A stretch of DNA of 64,000 bases from Gemmatimonadales bacterium (GTDB lineage: Bacteria > Gemmatimonadota > Gemmatimonadetes > Gemmatimonadales > GWC2-71-9). The translations under genes were made by a program, and so were the position numbers. The notes beneath the pieces were generated by a model that ran no database searches, was not told the DNA's origin, and saw only the letters and a program-made list of their open reading frames with translations. The stretch covers positions 96,001 to 160,000 of the forward strand of contig JBFGJG010000003.1 of the NCBI GenBank assembly GCA_041577295.1. Reading direction: 5' to 3'. Shown piece by piece: positions 19,554 to 31,204 of this stretch (its first letter is position 1; each line of letters begins with the position of its first letter).

Positions 19554-20255
19554 TCAACGAAACTCCCTGCTCCCCTTCACCACGAGCGCGACAGATCCGA
19601 TGACCGCGATCACCGCGAACGCGAACCACTGAATGGCGTAGGAGAGATGGGGCCCGTCAGAAAGCTCGGGAAGCGGAACTGCACGCATCTCCTGTGGAGC
19701 AGAGTCGGGCAACTCGGTGCGCCGCAACAGCAGATCGAGCACTGGATAGGGATAGGCGGCTCCGTGGTCCGGGGGGGTGACACGCCGCACGTAGCGAGGC
19801 CATACAGCGTCGCCCACGATCGCCTCGGGCTGCTCGGTGACATTCCCCAGCAACAGACCGGTTGGATTCGCCCACGCCCGCTCGCGGACACGCTCGAGAT
19901 CGATGGAGCGCCCATCGGCAGAGGGAACCCACCCACGCTCGACCAAGAGTGCCGAGCCGTCGGGCAGCCGAAGAGGGGTCACAATGTGCACACCTGGTAC
20001 CCCGCGAAAGCTGCGCGCAACGACGATCAACTCACGGGTGAAGTCGAACACACCCGCGGCCTCCGCCCGCCGACCCGCTCCGGTCGAATCGAGGGCGAGC
20101 CATTCTGTAATCTGTAGCTGCGGTTGCGCGAGTCGCGTGGCGCGGGTGGCGTTGACCTCACGGCGATCGTTCAAACGACTCAGTTGCCACAGACCAAGAC
20201 GGACGCACACCACCGCCACAACGACCGCGATGGCGAGCGGGACGTACCGTCTCAC
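19554..20255 (-). CDS. SURF1 family protein
   Basis: LGLWQLSRL, VTPL, LVERGWVP and HLSYAIQWFAFA motifs. Confidence 0.9.
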   Translation of the reverse strand: MRRYVPLAIAVVVAVVCVRLGLWQLSRLNDRREVNATRATRLAQPQLQITEWLALDSTGAGRRAEAAGVFDFTRELIVVARSFRGVPGVHIVTPLRLPDGSALLVERGWVPSADGRSIDLERVRERAWANPTGLLLGNVTEQPEAIVGDAVWPRYVRRVTPPDHGAAYPYPVLDLLLRRTELPDSAPQEMRAVPLPELSDGPHLSYAIQWFAFAVIAVIGSVALVVKGSREFR

Positions 20256-20932
20256 GAGGAAGAATCTCGGCCGACGATGACTTCCGGGGCGAAGTCCAAA
20301 AACAATCCGGTCTCGACGACTCCCGGACGTTGGCGGAGTGAACGATCGAGCCCGTGGGGATCGTCGATTCCCCGTGGGAAACGGCAGTCCAGGATGTAGT
20401 GCTGGCCATCCGTCCGGTAGGGATCCTGCCGCTCGTCAAGCCGGAGCGTCACCTCGCCACCCAACTTACGCACGATCTCGCAATGCGTGCTCCACCCAAA
20501 GGGGACCACCTCGACCGGCACGACTGCCCGTGTGCCAAGTCGATTCACGAGCTTTGTTTCGTCCGCGATGATGACGTAGTGGCGGGTCGCCGAGGCGACG
20601 ATCTTCTCCCACAGCAGGGCTCCCCCAAACCCCTTGATGAGATTGCCCCTCGGATCGATCTCGTCGGCCCCGTCGATAGTGATATCGATGATTGGGTGTT
20701 GATCGAGCGTGCTCAGCGGGATCTGTAGGCGGCTGGCCAACGCTTCGGTACGGCGTGACGTCGGGATCCCCACAATATCGGCGATCTGGCCAGCTTTCAG
20801 CCGCTCCCCGATCGCAAGAAGCGCCAGTTCCGCGGTCGACCCGGTGCCCAACCCAACCACGGTTCGGGATCGTACGAGCGCCGCCGCGCGCTCGGCAGCA
20901 TCCTGCTTTTGTCGATGCTGCTTATCGGTCAT
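20252..20932 (-). CDS. rpiA: Ribose-5-phosphate isomerase A
   Basis: [15 protein letters not shown], IKGxGGAL and GVVETGLF motifs. Confidence 0.93.
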   Translation of the reverse strand: MTDKQHRQKQDAAERAAALVRSRTVVGLGTGSTAELALLAIGERLKAGQIADIVGIPTSRRTEALASRLQIPLSTLDQHPIIDITIDGADEIDPRGNLIKGFGGALLWEKIVASATRHYVIIADETKLVNRLGTRAVVPVEVVPFGWSTHCEIVRKLGGEVTLRLDERQDPYRTDGQHYILDCRFPRGIDDPHGLDRSLRQRPGVVETGLFLDFAPEVIVGRDSSS

Positions 20933-22979
20933 CGACCCCGCGAGAACCGCGATGCTCGAGCAGTCGCCGCGCCCGGTGAGCCACATGCTCGACCGTGAGG
21001 CCGTAGGCCTCGAAAATCTGCTCATAGGGTGCCGACGCCCCGAAACGCTCGATCCCGACGACATCCCCGTGATTACCGACCAACCGGTACCACGACTGGG
21101 GATGTGCCGCCTCGACGGCAAGCCGCCTGGGTACGTCCGGCGGCAGGACTTCGTCGCGGTACGATGAGGGCTGCGCCATGAACACTTCGAGACTCGGGAC
21201 GCTCACGACACGTGCTCCAATCCCCTCCGCTTCGAGCTGTTCACGCACTTGCAGCACCAGCCCCACCTCCGAGCCGGTCGCCATGAGAATGATATCCATC
21301 GGTTTGCGCCCCGCATCCGCGACGACGTAGCCCCCCCGGGCGAGTCCGCTGGCCGACGCCCACCGCGTGCGGTCGATGGGTGGCACCTTCTGCCGGGTCA
21401 ATGCCATCGCGACCGGGCCACCGCTGTGCGCGATGGCGAAGCGCCACGCCTCAGCGGTTTCCGCCGCATCTGCCGGGCGTATCACGATCAGATTCGGCAC
21501 CGCCCTGAGCGCTGGCAACATCTCGACGGGCTGGTGGGTGGGACCGTCCTCACCCAACCCGATCGAGTCGTGCGTGAAGACGTAGATGACCTTGATTCCC
21601 ATGAGTGCGGCGAGACGGATTGGCGGACGCATGTAATCGCTAAAGATGAGAAAGGTGGCGCCGAATGGCATGAAACCACCGTGAAGCGCCATCCCGTTGA
21701 GAATGGCCCCCATTCCGTGCTCGCGGATGCCAAAGTACATGTTGCGGCCACCCATATTCCCCGGACCGAGCGCGTCCGCGCCTTTGATGATCGTCTTGTT
21801 GGACTCCCCCAGGTCCGCGGACCCACCGAGCAGCTCCGGGATGGTTGACGCCACCGCGTGTAGCACGCGTTCGGAAGCGGAGCGGGTGGCCAGTGCGGCA
21901 TCCTTCGGTTCAAAGGAGGGAATCGAAGCCTCCCACGACTTGGGAAGCTCGCCACCTAGACGACGCTGCAGCTCTTTCGCCAGGTCGGGATGTGCCGCGG
22001 TATACCCCGCTAGAGCGTCATTCCACTCTTTCTGGAATCGCTCACCCCGACCCCGACACTTACGCCATTCGGCCAGAGCTTCCTTGGGCACGGCGAAGGG
22101 CTCGTCGTACGGCCAGCCCAAGTTCTGCTTGGTCAGACGCACTTCCTCTTCCCCAAGCGGTGCTCCGTGAGCCGCCGCGGTATCCTGTTTGTTTGGGCTT
22201 CCGTACGCGATGTGGGTGCGCACGATGATCAAGGACGGGCGGTCGTGCACGGCTTCGGCACGCGAGATCGCCTGATCGATGGCGGCGAGATCGTTGCCAT
22301 CCTCGACCCGCTGCACGTGCCAACCGTACGCGGTGAATCTGTCTGCCGTGTCGTCACTGAAGGTCAGCGACGTTTCGCCATCGATGGTGATGTGATTGTC
22401 GTCGTAGAAGCCGATGAGATTGCCCAGCTGCAGGTGACCGGCCAGCGAGGCCGCCTCATGAGAAACACCCTCCATGATGTCGCCGTCGCTGGCGATGAAG
22501 TAGGTCCGATGGTTGAGAATCTCGAAGTCGGGTCGATGGAAATGCGCCGCGAGATTCGCCTGGGCGATTGCCATTCCCACCGCGTTACCCACTCCTTGCC
22601 CCAACGGCCCGGTGGTCGTCTCCACACCGGGGGTCATGCCGTACTCGGGATGCCCGGGGGTCTTGCTCTCCCACTGTCGAAACTGCTTGATCTCCTCGAG
22701 CGACAGGTCGTATCCCGTCAAGTAGAGCAAACTGTACAACAACATCGAAGCGTGCCCGCACGAAAGGACGAACCGATCCCGGCCCGGCCAGCTCGGGTCC
22801 ACCGGACTATGCCGCAGATGCTTGGTCCACAACACGTAGCACAGCGGTGCCAGCGCCATCGGCGTACCGGGGTGACCAGAGTTGGCACGCTGCACGGCGT
22901 CCATGGCCAGCGTTCTGACGGTGTTGATACAGAGTTGGTCGAGTGCGGTTGAGCTCGCCGCAACGGCCTCATGCGTCAC
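20922..22979 (-). CDS. tkt: Transketolase
   Basis: [29 protein letters not shown] and GEDGPTHQP motifs; RBS GAGGAGG precedes GTG 22979. Confidence 0.96.
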   Translation of the reverse strand: MTHEAVAASSTALDQLCINTVRTLAMDAVQRANSGHPGTPMALAPLCYVLWTKHLRHSPVDPSWPGRDRFVLSCGHASMLLYSLLYLTGYDLSLEEIKQFRQWESKTPGHPEYGMTPGVETTTGPLGQGVGNAVGMAIAQANLAAHFHRPDFEILNHRTYFIASDGDIMEGVSHEAASLAGHLQLGNLIGFYDDNHITIDGETSLTFSDDTADRFTAYGWHVQRVEDGNDLAAIDQAISRAEAVHDRPSLIIVRTHIAYGSPNKQDTAAAHGAPLGEEEVRLTKQNLGWPYDEPFAVPKEALAEWRKCRGRGERFQKEWNDALAGYTAAHPDLAKELQRRLGGELPKSWEASIPSFEPKDAALATRSASERVLHAVASTIPELLGGSADLGESNKTIIKGADALGPGNMGGRNMYFGIREHGMGAILNGMALHGGFMPFGATFLIFSDYMRPPIRLAALMGIKVIYVFTHDSIGLGEDGPTHQPVEMLPALRAVPNLIVIRPADAAETAEAWRFAIAHSGGPVAMALTRQKVPPIDRTRWASASGLARGGYVVADAGRKPMDIILMATGSEVGLVLQVREQLEAEGIGARVVSVPSLEVFMAQPSSYRDEVLPPDVPRRLAVEAAHPQSWYRLVGNHGDVVGIERFGASAPYEQIFEAYGLTVEHVAHRARRLLEHRGSRGVDDR

Positions 22980-23070
22980 CGCGGCCTCCTCGTCGCAAGC
23001 AGGGCAAGAGCGCGCGAAAACATCGTCCAGTTGCAAACATTGTACATGGACGTGCTGGAAGACGCTACGA

Positions 23071-23097
23071 TGCGGGGATAGAAGGGATTGAGAGGAT
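23071..23097 (+). repeat. Three degenerate units of a 9-mer (consensus AGAGGGGAT) upstream of acnA
   Basis: TGCGGGGAT-AGAAGGGAT-TGAGAGGAT. Confidence 0.5.
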
Positions 23098-23114
23098 TCA
23101 TTATCTTTGGCCAC

Positions 23115-25892
23115 ATGACCAACCCATTCAATTCCCGCGACTCGATCGAGCTTCCCGAAGGAACCGCAACCATCTACCGACTGGACGCCCTTACCAAGGC
23201 GGGCCTCGTTGATCTGGACCGGTTGCCGTTTTCCATTCGAATCTTATTGGAAAACATCCTTCGGCACGCCGGTGGCGATCTCGTCACCGAGGACCATGTG
23301 GCGGCGGTGGCCAGGTGGGCTCCAGAGCCAGACCGCAGCGTCGACATCCCATTCATGCCGGGTCGTGTGGTGCTGCAGGACTTTACCGGTGTGCCGGCGG
23401 TGGTGGACCTCGCGGCCATGCGTGACGCGATCGTGGCCCTGCGAGGAGATGCCCAGCGGATCAACCCACTTGTCCCTACCGATTTGGTGATCGATCACTC
23501 GGTCCAGGTCGACTTCTTCGGGACACCACGGGCGTTTCAGCTGAACGTCGAGAAGGAGATGGAACGCAATTCGGAGCGCTATGCCCTGCTCCGCTGGGCG
23601 CAACAGGCATTTGACAATTTCCGGGTGGTCCCTCCTGGCACGGGAATCGTGCACCAGGTGAACCTGGAGTACCTGGCAAGCGTGGTGCGTCTCGCTGAGC
23701 ACAATGGCGGACACGTCGCGTTCCCCGATACGCTGGTGGGCACCGACTCCCACACCACCATGATCAACGGCGTGGGGGTGGTTGGATGGGGTGTGGGGGG
23801 CATCGAGGCGGAGGCGGTCATGCTCGGGCAGCCGTACTTCATGCAGCTCCCCGAGGTCGTCGGGATGAAGCTGAGTGGCAAGCTGCCCGACGGGGCGACG
23901 GCAACCGATCTCGTGTTGGTGGTAACGCAGATGTTGCGGAAGTTTGGCGTCGTTGGCCGTTTCGTGGAGTTCTTCGGACCAGGTATGGCCACCCTTGGCT
24001 TGGCCGATCGCGCCACGATCGCCAACATGTCCCCGGAGTATGGCGCAACGATCGGGTTCTTCCCGGTCGACGCCGAAACCCTCCGGTACCTCGAGCGCAC
24101 TGGACGGCCGCGTGAGGTGATCGAGCGCGTCGAGAAGTACTGCAAGACGCAGCACCTGTTCCACACTGAAGGCAGCGCCGAGCCCGAGTACTCCGGAATG
24201 TTGGAGCTCGACCTGGGTTCCGTGGTGCCCTCTCTCGCTGGTCCTCGTCGGCCACAGGATCGGGTTCCCCTCACAGAGGTAAAGGAGTCGTTTGCGCAGG
24301 TTCTCCCAAACCTCATTCCTTCCGGCGCGAAGCGTGGGGTACCCGAACAGGACCGCGCGCGCTGGGCGGGCGAAGGTGGCCAGTCACCCACGACGGCGGT
24401 TGCCGTTGCCAACGATATCGCTGTAGTGGCGGATGTCGAGTACGAGGGTAGCCGTTTCGAGCTGCGGGATGGTTCCGTGGTCATCGCGGCGATTACCAGT
24501 TGTACCAATACCTCCAACCCGTCCGTGATGATTGGGGCTGGCCTCGTAGCCAAGGCGGCCAGGGAACGCGGCCTGGACCGCAAGCCGTGGGTTAAGACGA
24601 GCATGGCTCCCGGCTCTAAGGTGGTCACCGACTACTTACAGGAGTCGGGCTTGATGGACGACCTCGAGGCGATGGGATTCCACGTCGTCGGGTACGGTTG
24701 CACCACGTGTATTGGGAACAGTGGTCCGCTTGCCGAGCCCATTGCGCGAGCCGTGACCGAGCACGCCCTCGTGACGGTTGCGGTCCTCTCGGGCAATCGC
24801 AACTTCGAGGCACGCATCCATCCGCTGGTGCGCGCTAACTATCTGGCGTCTCCGATGCTGGTGGTAGCGTATGCGATTGCCGGACGGATTGATATCGATC
24901 TCACGAGCGAACCGCTGGGCACGGACCGCGTGGGCAAGCCGGTCTTCCTCAAGGATATCTGGCCCAGCCCGGCGGAAGTGAACGCCGCCGTCGCACGCTC
25001 CCTCAAACCTTCCATGTTCCACAAGCAGTACGGAAAGGTCTTCGAAGGGGACGAGCACTGGAAGCGACTTCCGGTGCCCGAGGCCTCCGGTGGGCGGTAT
25101 GGTTGGAGTGACGCCTCCACGTATGTGCGCGAGCCTCCTTTCTTCACGGCGATGCCGGCCGATCCTGCGCCGGCGGCGAACGTGAGTGGTGCGCGCGTAT
25201 TGGTGTGGCTCGCCGACTCGGTGACAACCGATCACATCTCACCTGCCGGCGCCATTCCCAAGAACAGCCCGGCCGGGAAGTGGCTCATCGAGCACGATGT
25301 CAAACCGCTCGACTTCAACACCTTCGGCTCTCGGCGTGGCAATCACGAGGTCATGATGCGGGGCACGTTTGGCAACATCCGCATCAAGAACCAGCTCGTG
25401 GGCGGTAAGGAAGGCAACTGGACCATGCATCTGCCGAGCGGTGAGGAGACCACCATCTACGATGCGGCGATGCGGTACATCGAGGACGGGACTCCGTTGA
25501 TCGTCATTGCAGGCAAAGAGTACGGATCGGGGAGCTCTCGGGACTGGGCCGCGAAGGGGACTGGACTGTTGGGTGTGCGCGCCGTCATCGCCGAGAGTTA
25601 TGAGCGAATTCACCGCAGCAACCTCATCGGCATGGGCGTCCTGCCACTCCAATTCCGGCAGGGCGAGAACGCTCAAACGCTCGGGCTCGATGCGCACGAG
25701 GCCTACGATATCACCGGGATCGACGATGACTCACTGACACCCAGTGCCACAGCCCACGTCAGCGCGCGCCGCACCGATGGGACTGTCAAGGAGTTTGACG
25801 TGCTCGTGCGCCTGGACACCACCATTGACGTGGAGTACTACCGCCACGGGGGTATCCTGCACTACGTCTTACGTCAGCTCGCGAAGAAGTAG
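23115..25892 (+). CDS. acnA: Aconitate hydratase A
   Basis: [47 protein letters not shown] and [12 protein letters not shown] motifs. Confidence 0.97.
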   Translation: MTNPFNSRDSIELPEGTATIYRLDALTKAGLVDLDRLPFSIRILLENILRHAGGDLVTEDHVAAVARWAPEPDRSVDIPFMPGRVVLQDFTGVPAVVDLAAMRDAIVALRGDAQRINPLVPTDLVIDHSVQVDFFGTPRAFQLNVEKEMERNSERYALLRWAQQAFDNFRVVPPGTGIVHQVNLEYLASVVRLAEHNGGHVAFPDTLVGTDSHTTMINGVGVVGWGVGGIEAEAVMLGQPYFMQLPEVVGMKLSGKLPDGATATDLVLVVTQMLRKFGVVGRFVEFFGPGMATLGLADRATIANMSPEYGATIGFFPVDAETLRYLERTGRPREVIERVEKYCKTQHLFHTEGSAEPEYSGMLELDLGSVVPSLAGPRRPQDRVPLTEVKESFAQVLPNLIPSGAKRGVPEQDRARWAGEGGQSPTTAVAVANDIAVVADVEYEGSRFELRDGSVVIAAITSCTNTSNPSVMIGAGLVAKAARERGLDRKPWVKTSMAPGSKVVTDYLQESGLMDDLEAMGFHVVGYGCTTCIGNSGPLAEPIARAVTEHALVTVAVLSGNRNFEARIHPLVRANYLASPMLVVAYAIAGRIDIDLTSEPLGTDRVGKPVFLKDIWPSPAEVNAAVARSLKPSMFHKQYGKVFEGDEHWKRLPVPEASGGRYGWSDASTYVREPPFFTAMPADPAPAANVSGARVLVWLADSVTTDHISPAGAIPKNSPAGKWLIEHDVKPLDFNTFGSRRGNHEVMMRGTFGNIRIKNQLVGGKEGNWTMHLPSGEETTIYDAAMRYIEDGTPLIVIAGKEYGSGSSRDWAAKGTGLLGVRAVIAESYERIHRSNLIGMGVLPLQFRQGENAQTLGLDAHEAYDITGIDDDSLTPSATAHVSARRTDGTVKEFDVLVRLDTTIDVEYYRHGGILHYVLRQLAKK

Positions 25893-25917
25893 CAGGGGCT
25901 CGACCGGGGCGGGGTTA

Positions 25918-27063
25918 CTAGCCGAGAAACTCTTCGATCCGCTCCCAGTCGGCGATCGCGTCCTCGTAGCCCAACTCCACCAGCATGTTCGTGTAGGTGG
26001 GTTCGAACAGCAGGTAGCTCATGAAATCCGAGCTGCCAACCCGACGACCACCGATGCTGTTAACCACCCAACGCACCGTGCGCGGGAGATTCTGTCCGTG
26101 CCCCCGGGACAACACGCCGAGATCGCGTGATGGGCGGAGCATCAGGAGCTTGATTGGGCGCAGGGCCGCCGGGGAGTTCCCTCCGGGACGACACGCCTCG
26201 AGCACGCGGTTGATTCGTTCGAGCCGTTCGGCATCGGCATCCAGAGAATCCAGGAACACCGCGTTGAACAAGAGCCCGATCACCTCAGCCGTGCTGGGAT
26301 ACTCCCCCACCGCTAGCACCGGTACGCTGGCAAACGCTCTCCCGGAGCGCATCGTCACCGCCAGAATGCGCGTAGCGCCGAGGTGGATTGCCGGAGCGAG
26401 CGGCGCGATCTGCCGCACGCTGCCGTCACCGTAAAACCCGTCACGCAGCCGCACTGCTGGGAAGATGATCGGAATGGCCGATGACGCCATGACGTGATCG
26501 ACGGTGAGCTCGGCCCGCACACCAATGCGTTGGACACGCTCCCACACTGGGATATCGTCGGCTCCCTGCATGAAGGTCACTGTTTGTCCCGTCGTAAACG
26601 ACGTAGAACTCAGCGCCGCCGCCCGAACCTTGCCCGCTGCGATGTTTGAGCTGATTCCGGACAGATCCATACACTCCTCGAGGAACGCACGCAGCGGGCT
26701 CATGTCCATCAGCCCCTGGATGCTGCCCGGCGCTGGCTGTCGGCGGAAGGCCATCCCGAGCGTCCATCGAACGAGAGATCGGAAGAGGTTCACGGGACGG
26801 ACACGGTAGACGTCGCTGGGTGTGAGGCGCGCCCACTCTCGCCGGAGACCGGCAACCGCCTGTCCAAAATTGCCCCGATGCGAGGCGAGATAAGCGGTGT
26901 TGATCGCTCCTGCCGATACACCGGTGAGGATCGGGAAGCACACGTGGGGCCGCCGTTCCGCGATCGCCGCGAGCACACCAACCTGATAGGAAGCTCTGGC
27001 ACCGCCCCCTGCGAGCACGAGCGCCAGGTCGTCTGTGGGTCGCTGATATCCAGGAACCGTCAT
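25918..27063 (-). CDS. Patatin-like phospholipase
   Basis: LAGGGAR, GVSAG nucleophile elbow and DGS motifs. Confidence 0.9.
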   Translation of the reverse strand: MTVPGYQRPTDDLALVLAGGGARASYQVGVLAAIAERRPHVCFPILTGVSAGAINTAYLASHRGNFGQAVAGLRREWARLTPSDVYRVRPVNLFRSLVRWTLGMAFRRQPAPGSIQGLMDMSPLRAFLEECMDLSGISSNIAAGKVRAAALSSTSFTTGQTVTFMQGADDIPVWERVQRIGVRAELTVDHVMASSAIPIIFPAVRLRDGFYGDGSVRQIAPLAPAIHLGATRILAVTMRSGRAFASVPVLAVGEYPSTAEVIGLLFNAVFLDSLDADAERLERINRVLEACRPGGNSPAALRPIKLLMLRPSRDLGVLSRGHGQNLPRTVRWVVNSIGGRRVGSSDFMSYLLFEPTYTNMLVELGYEDAIADWERIEEFLG

Positions 27064-27140
27064 CGCGCCGAAAGGTGATCGCCTTCGTCGAGCAACGCCA
27101 GGGGCTGTTTTCGTGAAACCGCGGCTTATCTTCCGTGCCC

Positions 27141-27548
27141 ATGGCATTCACCGTTCCGATCGATGAGCTCTCCGTCCAAGCGAGCCGCGCGAGTGGGCCG
27201 GGCGGGCAGCATGTCAACAAGACCTCGACCCGCGTGGAAGTCCGCTGGAACGTGCGGCAAAGCCCGAGCCTCACGGAGCCACAACGTGAACGGTTGTTGC
27301 ACAAGCTCGCCAATCGGATAGACTCCCGGGGAGCGCTTCGGGTCGTATCTTCGAGCGGCCGGAGCCAACTCCGCAATCGCGAGGTGGCGATCGCCCGTCT
27401 CAACCAACTCGTCCGAGCAGCCCTGCACCAGCCGCGACCGCGAAAGCGAACCAAGCCGACGCGTGCATCGGTCGAACAGCGCCTTGCGGAGAAGAAGAAG
27501 CGGAGCGAAATCAAGGTGCGGCGTCGGCCGCCCAAGGCGGACGACTAG
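27141..27548 (+). CDS. arfB: Alternative ribosome rescue factor B (peptidyl-tRNA hydrolase)
   Basis: SGPGGQHVNK (GGQ), RSQLRN and a basic C-terminal tail. Confidence 0.93.
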   Translation: MAFTVPIDELSVQASRASGPGGQHVNKTSTRVEVRWNVRQSPSLTEPQRERLLHKLANRIDSRGALRVVSSSGRSQLRNREVAIARLNQLVRAALHQPRPRKRTKPTRASVEQRLAEKKKRSEIKVRRRPPKADD

Positions 27549-27621
27549 CGTCACCGTAGACGCTCGGCGGACGTTGAGGCCCTCGTCCAACCAATGAGAT
27601 CACTACCGGAGATTCGTTCGC

Positions 27622-28083
27622 ATGCAGCTCGGTCACGTCCCTCTCGCACTTTCCATTGCCACCTACGACTGGAGTTTCCGCACGGCGTTCTTTTGCCTGG
27701 CAATGCATTTTCTGCCCAATGTCGATTCGCTAGTGGAGCGCTCGGGATGGGCGGAGCGAGGATTTCACTGCAGCGTCACGCACACCGTGTGGTTTGGCAT
27801 CGTGGTGAGCGCGCTGGTGGCCATTGTGTCGCCACACTACGCCATCTTCGCCTTTGTCGCCATCATGGCGCATTTCGCCGCAGACATCGGCAGCACCGTT
27901 GGACTTCCTCTCCTGTGGCCGTTCTACCGCAAGAAACTGACGGTGGCATTGTTCAAAGACACCGGCTACTGGGGCAAGGAGATGTACATCGGCTACTACA
28001 AGCAACCGATGTCTTGGGTGTTGGAGGGAGCGGTCGTCGCCTTCTTTGTGTGGCGGTTGTTCGAAATCGGCGCGATTGGGTAG
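27622..28083 (+). CDS. Membrane metal-dependent hydrolase (YdjM family)
   Basis: N-terminal His, LPNVD, HxxxTHT, HFAAD and GLPLLWP pattern. Confidence 0.75.
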   Translation: MQLGHVPLALSIATYDWSFRTAFFCLAMHFLPNVDSLVERSGWAERGFHCSVTHTVWFGIVVSALVAIVSPHYAIFAFVAIMAHFAADIGSTVGLPLLWPFYRKKLTVALFKDTGYWGKEMYIGYYKQPMSWVLEGAVVAFFVWRLFEIGAIG

Positions 28084-28099
28084 TGGCGAGAGCGAGTGT

Positions 28100-29680
28100 A
28101 TGAGTCAGGAGCATTGGGACGTCGTTGTCGTCGGCAGCGGGTTCGGGGGAAGCACCGTCGCCCTCAAGCTCGCAAGGGCCGGCCTACGGGTCCTGGTGCT
28201 GGAGCGGGGAAAGTGGGTCGATCGCGACGACACAGCCTGGGATACGACGGCGATCCAGATCGACCGGAAGTACCGCGGTGTGACGCCGTACGAGGTCGAT
28301 GAACGGTGGGGCCGCAAGCTGACCTACCCCGATGACGCGGTGGGAGGCAAATCGATCTTTTACGGTGCGGCGTCCTTCCGACTCCGGGAAGCCGACTTCG
28401 CCACGGCAGCCCGCTTCCCGCGACTGCCCGAAGACTCGATCCCAAACATGGATTGGCCCATCGGGTACCGCGATCTTGCGCCGTTCTACGACGAAGCGGA
28501 ACAGGCTATCGGCGTCGCAGGCGTCGCCGGCGAGGATCCCACCGAGCCGCCGCGGAGCCAGGGATACCCTGCGAAACCCGCTCCCTACGGCCGCTCGGCG
28601 AAGCGCATCGCACACGCGGCTGAGCGGCTGGGCCTCAAGCCGTTCCCCATCCCCCTCGCAATCAACTTCCGTGGCGACAGGGGACGGCCCGCGTGCGTCA
28701 TGTGCATGACGTGCGATCTCTTCCCTTGTAAAATCTGCGCGAAAAACGACCTCGCGGTCACAGTGCTCGCCGATGCCCACCGATGCGGCGCACGAGTGCG
28801 CTCACGGACGATCGCGCGCCGTCTTCTCGTCGATGGCTCCCGGGTTCGCGGAGTCGATTGCCTCGATCTGGACCGCGGGTCGCAGATGACGATTACGTGC
28901 GATCTGTGTGTAGTGAGCTGCGGCGCGATTGGAACGGCGGCCCTCATGCTCTCCTCGGGACTCGGGAACCACCATCCCAATGGCAGCCTCATCGGCCGCC
29001 GACTGATGCGGCACTGCAGCGGGATCGTCATCGGCATCTTCCCCTTCAAGACGAATCCGGAGCGCCAGTTTCACAAACAGGTGGCCATCACGGATTACTA
29101 CCTTGGGGAAAGTGGGAGCCGGCCGGAGGGACCATGGGGAACGATCCAGGGTCTCCAGACACCGCCTCCGGAGTTCATTGAGAAGACGTCGCCGTACCCC
29201 TTCCCCGTTGGGCATATCGGCGCACGCTCTGTTGACTATCACGCGTATCTGCTGTGCATCGCGGAGGATCTACCCCGACTCGAGAACCGTGTAGAGGTGG
29301 ACGAGACTGCCGTGGACGCGTTCGGCATGCCGCGGGCAAAGGTGTTTCACGAGTACTTCCCGCGCGACTTGCGGGCGCGCAAGGCTCTGGTGCGGGCTGG
29401 CAGCCGCATCTTGCGACAGGCAGGGGCGTTGTTGCGTGTGCGCCTGCCGATTCACACGTACTCGCACGCGTTGGGCACCTGCTGCTTCGGCACCAACCCA
29501 GAAACAGCCGTACTCGACTCCAACTGCCGTTTCTTCGGAGTCGGCAACCTGTTTGTAGTGGATGGGAGCTTTCTCCCGTCCTCGGGCGGCGTGAACCCCA
29601 GCCTCACGATCGCGGCTAACGGCCTCCGCGTCGGACACTTTCTCGCTGAAAGCTGGGACGAGGTGCATCGCTCTTCATGA
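28100..29680 (+). CDS. GMC-family FAD oxidoreductase
   Basis: VVVGSGFGG, VLVLERG, CxxCxxC, HALGTC, NLFVVDGS and GVNPSLTI motifs. Confidence 0.9.
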   Translation: MSQEHWDVVVVGSGFGGSTVALKLARAGLRVLVLERGKWVDRDDTAWDTTAIQIDRKYRGVTPYEVDERWGRKLTYPDDAVGGKSIFYGAASFRLREADFATAARFPRLPEDSIPNMDWPIGYRDLAPFYDEAEQAIGVAGVAGEDPTEPPRSQGYPAKPAPYGRSAKRIAHAAERLGLKPFPIPLAINFRGDRGRPACVMCMTCDLFPCKICAKNDLAVTVLADAHRCGARVRSRTIARRLLVDGSRVRGVDCLDLDRGSQMTITCDLCVVSCGAIGTAALMLSSGLGNHHPNGSLIGRRLMRHCSGIVIGIFPFKTNPERQFHKQVAITDYYLGESGSRPEGPWGTIQGLQTPPPEFIEKTSPYPFPVGHIGARSVDYHAYLLCIAEDLPRLENRVEVDETAVDAFGMPRAKVFHEYFPRDLRARKALVRAGSRILRQAGALLRVRLPIHTYSHALGTCCFGTNPETAVLDSNCRFFGVGNLFVVDGSFLPSSGGVNPSLTIAANGLRVGHFLAESWDEVHRSS

Positions 29681-30681
29681 GCAAGCTCGGCCTGTGCATC
29701 CTCGGTTGTGGATCCATCGCACGGCTACATAGCCGCGTGGCGCGAACTCTTCGTTCGCGGGTCGAACTCTCGTACGCGAGCCGCTCGCTCGAGACCGCCC
29801 AGAAATACGCCAAGCAGTTTCACGGGGTGGCCGCGTTCGGGAGTTACGAGGCGGCGTGCGCTGATCCTCGGGTGAACGCCGTGTTCATCTGTACGCCGCA
29901 CGCATTTCACGTCGATCATGTCCGTCTTGCCGCAGCTCACGGCAAGGCCATCCTCATCGAGAAGCCGGTTACGCGAACGCTGGGTGAGCTCGCGGAAATC
30001 GAGCGTCTGGTCGCCGATGCGGGCGTGGTGGCGATGGTTGCTGAGAATTACCACTTCAAACCGCTCCGCCGGGTCCTCGAGCATCACATCGAGCGGGGCG
30101 ACATTGGAGACCCGCTCTTCGTCGAAGTCAACCGCGCGGGGCGCAGCAAGATTGCGGGCTGGCGCAAGGACGCGGAGCTGATGGGTGGCGGGGCTCTGCT
30201 CGAGGGAGGCGTTCACTGGATCAATCTGTTGGTGAACGTGGGAGGTTCGGTCGATTCGGTGATCGCCGCCCAACCTCACAAGAAGCAGGAATTGATCGCA
30301 CCATTCGAGGACGGTCTCCAGCTGCTCGTGAAGTTCTCGGATGGATCGGTAGGCAAGATGCTCCACTCGTGGAACCTACGAAACCGCATCGGCGGCCTCG
30401 GCATGTCCAAGATCTACGGCAGCGCCGGGAACATTCTGTTCGAGAGCAATGGGATCTTCGCATTGGTGCTGGGCAAGAGACGGCGGCTCCGATTCCCCGG
30501 AGTCCTGGATATCATGGGCTATCGCGGGATGTTGAAACACTTCATCGAGTGCGTCCAGGAGGGGCGCACGCCAAGTATGTCGCTCGATGTCGCCCGACGA
30601 GACTTGCGGGTCATCGTCGCGGCGTATCGGTCGCTCACGAGCGGGCGCTTCGAGTCCGCACTGGAGGATCGTGATGCTTGA
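29677..30681 (+). CDS. Gfo/Idh/MocA NAD(P)-dependent oxidoreductase
   Basis: GCGSIA, ICTPHAFH, IEKP and GGGALLEGGVH motifs. Confidence 0.9.
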   Translation: MSKLGLCILGCGSIARLHSRVARTLRSRVELSYASRSLETAQKYAKQFHGVAAFGSYEAACADPRVNAVFICTPHAFHVDHVRLAAAHGKAILIEKPVTRTLGELAEIERLVADAGVVAMVAENYHFKPLRRVLEHHIERGDIGDPLFVEVNRAGRSKIAGWRKDAELMGGGALLEGGVHWINLLVNVGGSVDSVIAAQPHKKQELIAPFEDGLQLLVKFSDGSVGKMLHSWNLRNRIGGLGMSKIYGSAGNILFESNGIFALVLGKRRRLRFPGVLDIMGYRGMLKHFIECVQEGRTPSMSLDVARRDLRVIVAAYRSLTSGRFESALEDRDA

Positions 30682-31141
30682 AATTTCGAGCCCCGCATTC
30701 GCCGACGGAGGGCCCATACCACGGGCGCATACCTGTGATGGCGCCGACATCTCTCCGCCTTTGGTGTGGCGTGGCGCGCCGACCGGCACGCAGGGGTACG
30801 CGCTAATCGTCGACGACCCAGACGCCCCGGGAAAGACGTGGGTCCACTGGGTGCTGTACGGTCTCGATGGGGAAGTCACCAACCTCCCCGCTGGGTTTCC
30901 ACCCGCTCCGGAGACGACGACGCCACACGCCGCGCGCCAGGGCACCAATGACTTTCGTCGTACAGGGTACGGTGGTCCGTGCCCACCAAAGGGCAAGCCC
31001 CATCGCTACATCTTCACGCTGTACGCCCTCGATCAGCAGCTCACCCTCCCAGCGGGCGCGACGAAAGACGTAGTGCTCAACGCAATCCGGGGACATGTGC
31101 TGGAAGAGACTAAGATGATCGGAACCTATGGGAGGGGTTAG
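30674..31141 (+). CDS. YbhB/YbcL (PEBP/Raf kinase inhibitor-like) protein
   Basis: SPPLVW, DDPDAP, WVHW and YGGPCPP..HRY motifs. Confidence 0.92.
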   Translation: MLEISSPAFADGGPIPRAHTCDGADISPPLVWRGAPTGTQGYALIVDDPDAPGKTWVHWVLYGLDGEVTNLPAGFPPAPETTTPHAARQGTNDFRRTGYGGPCPPKGKPHRYIFTLYALDQQLTLPAGATKDVVLNAIRGHVLEETKMIGTYGRG

Positions 31142-31204
31142 CGGGGATAGAGGGGACATGCTCCGTGGAAAACTCCATCCCCTCTACCCCTTCTACTCCC
31201 TTCT
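31130..31204. repeat. Inverted pair of 9-mer arrays between convergent ybhB and osmC-like genes (hairpin / G4-motif)
   Basis: Plus strand GGAGGGGTT-AGCGGGGAT-AGAGGGGAC (31131-31157) and minus strand AGAAGGGAGT-AGAAGGGGT-AGAGGGGAT (31204-31177). The arrays are mutually complementary. Confidence 0.6.
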
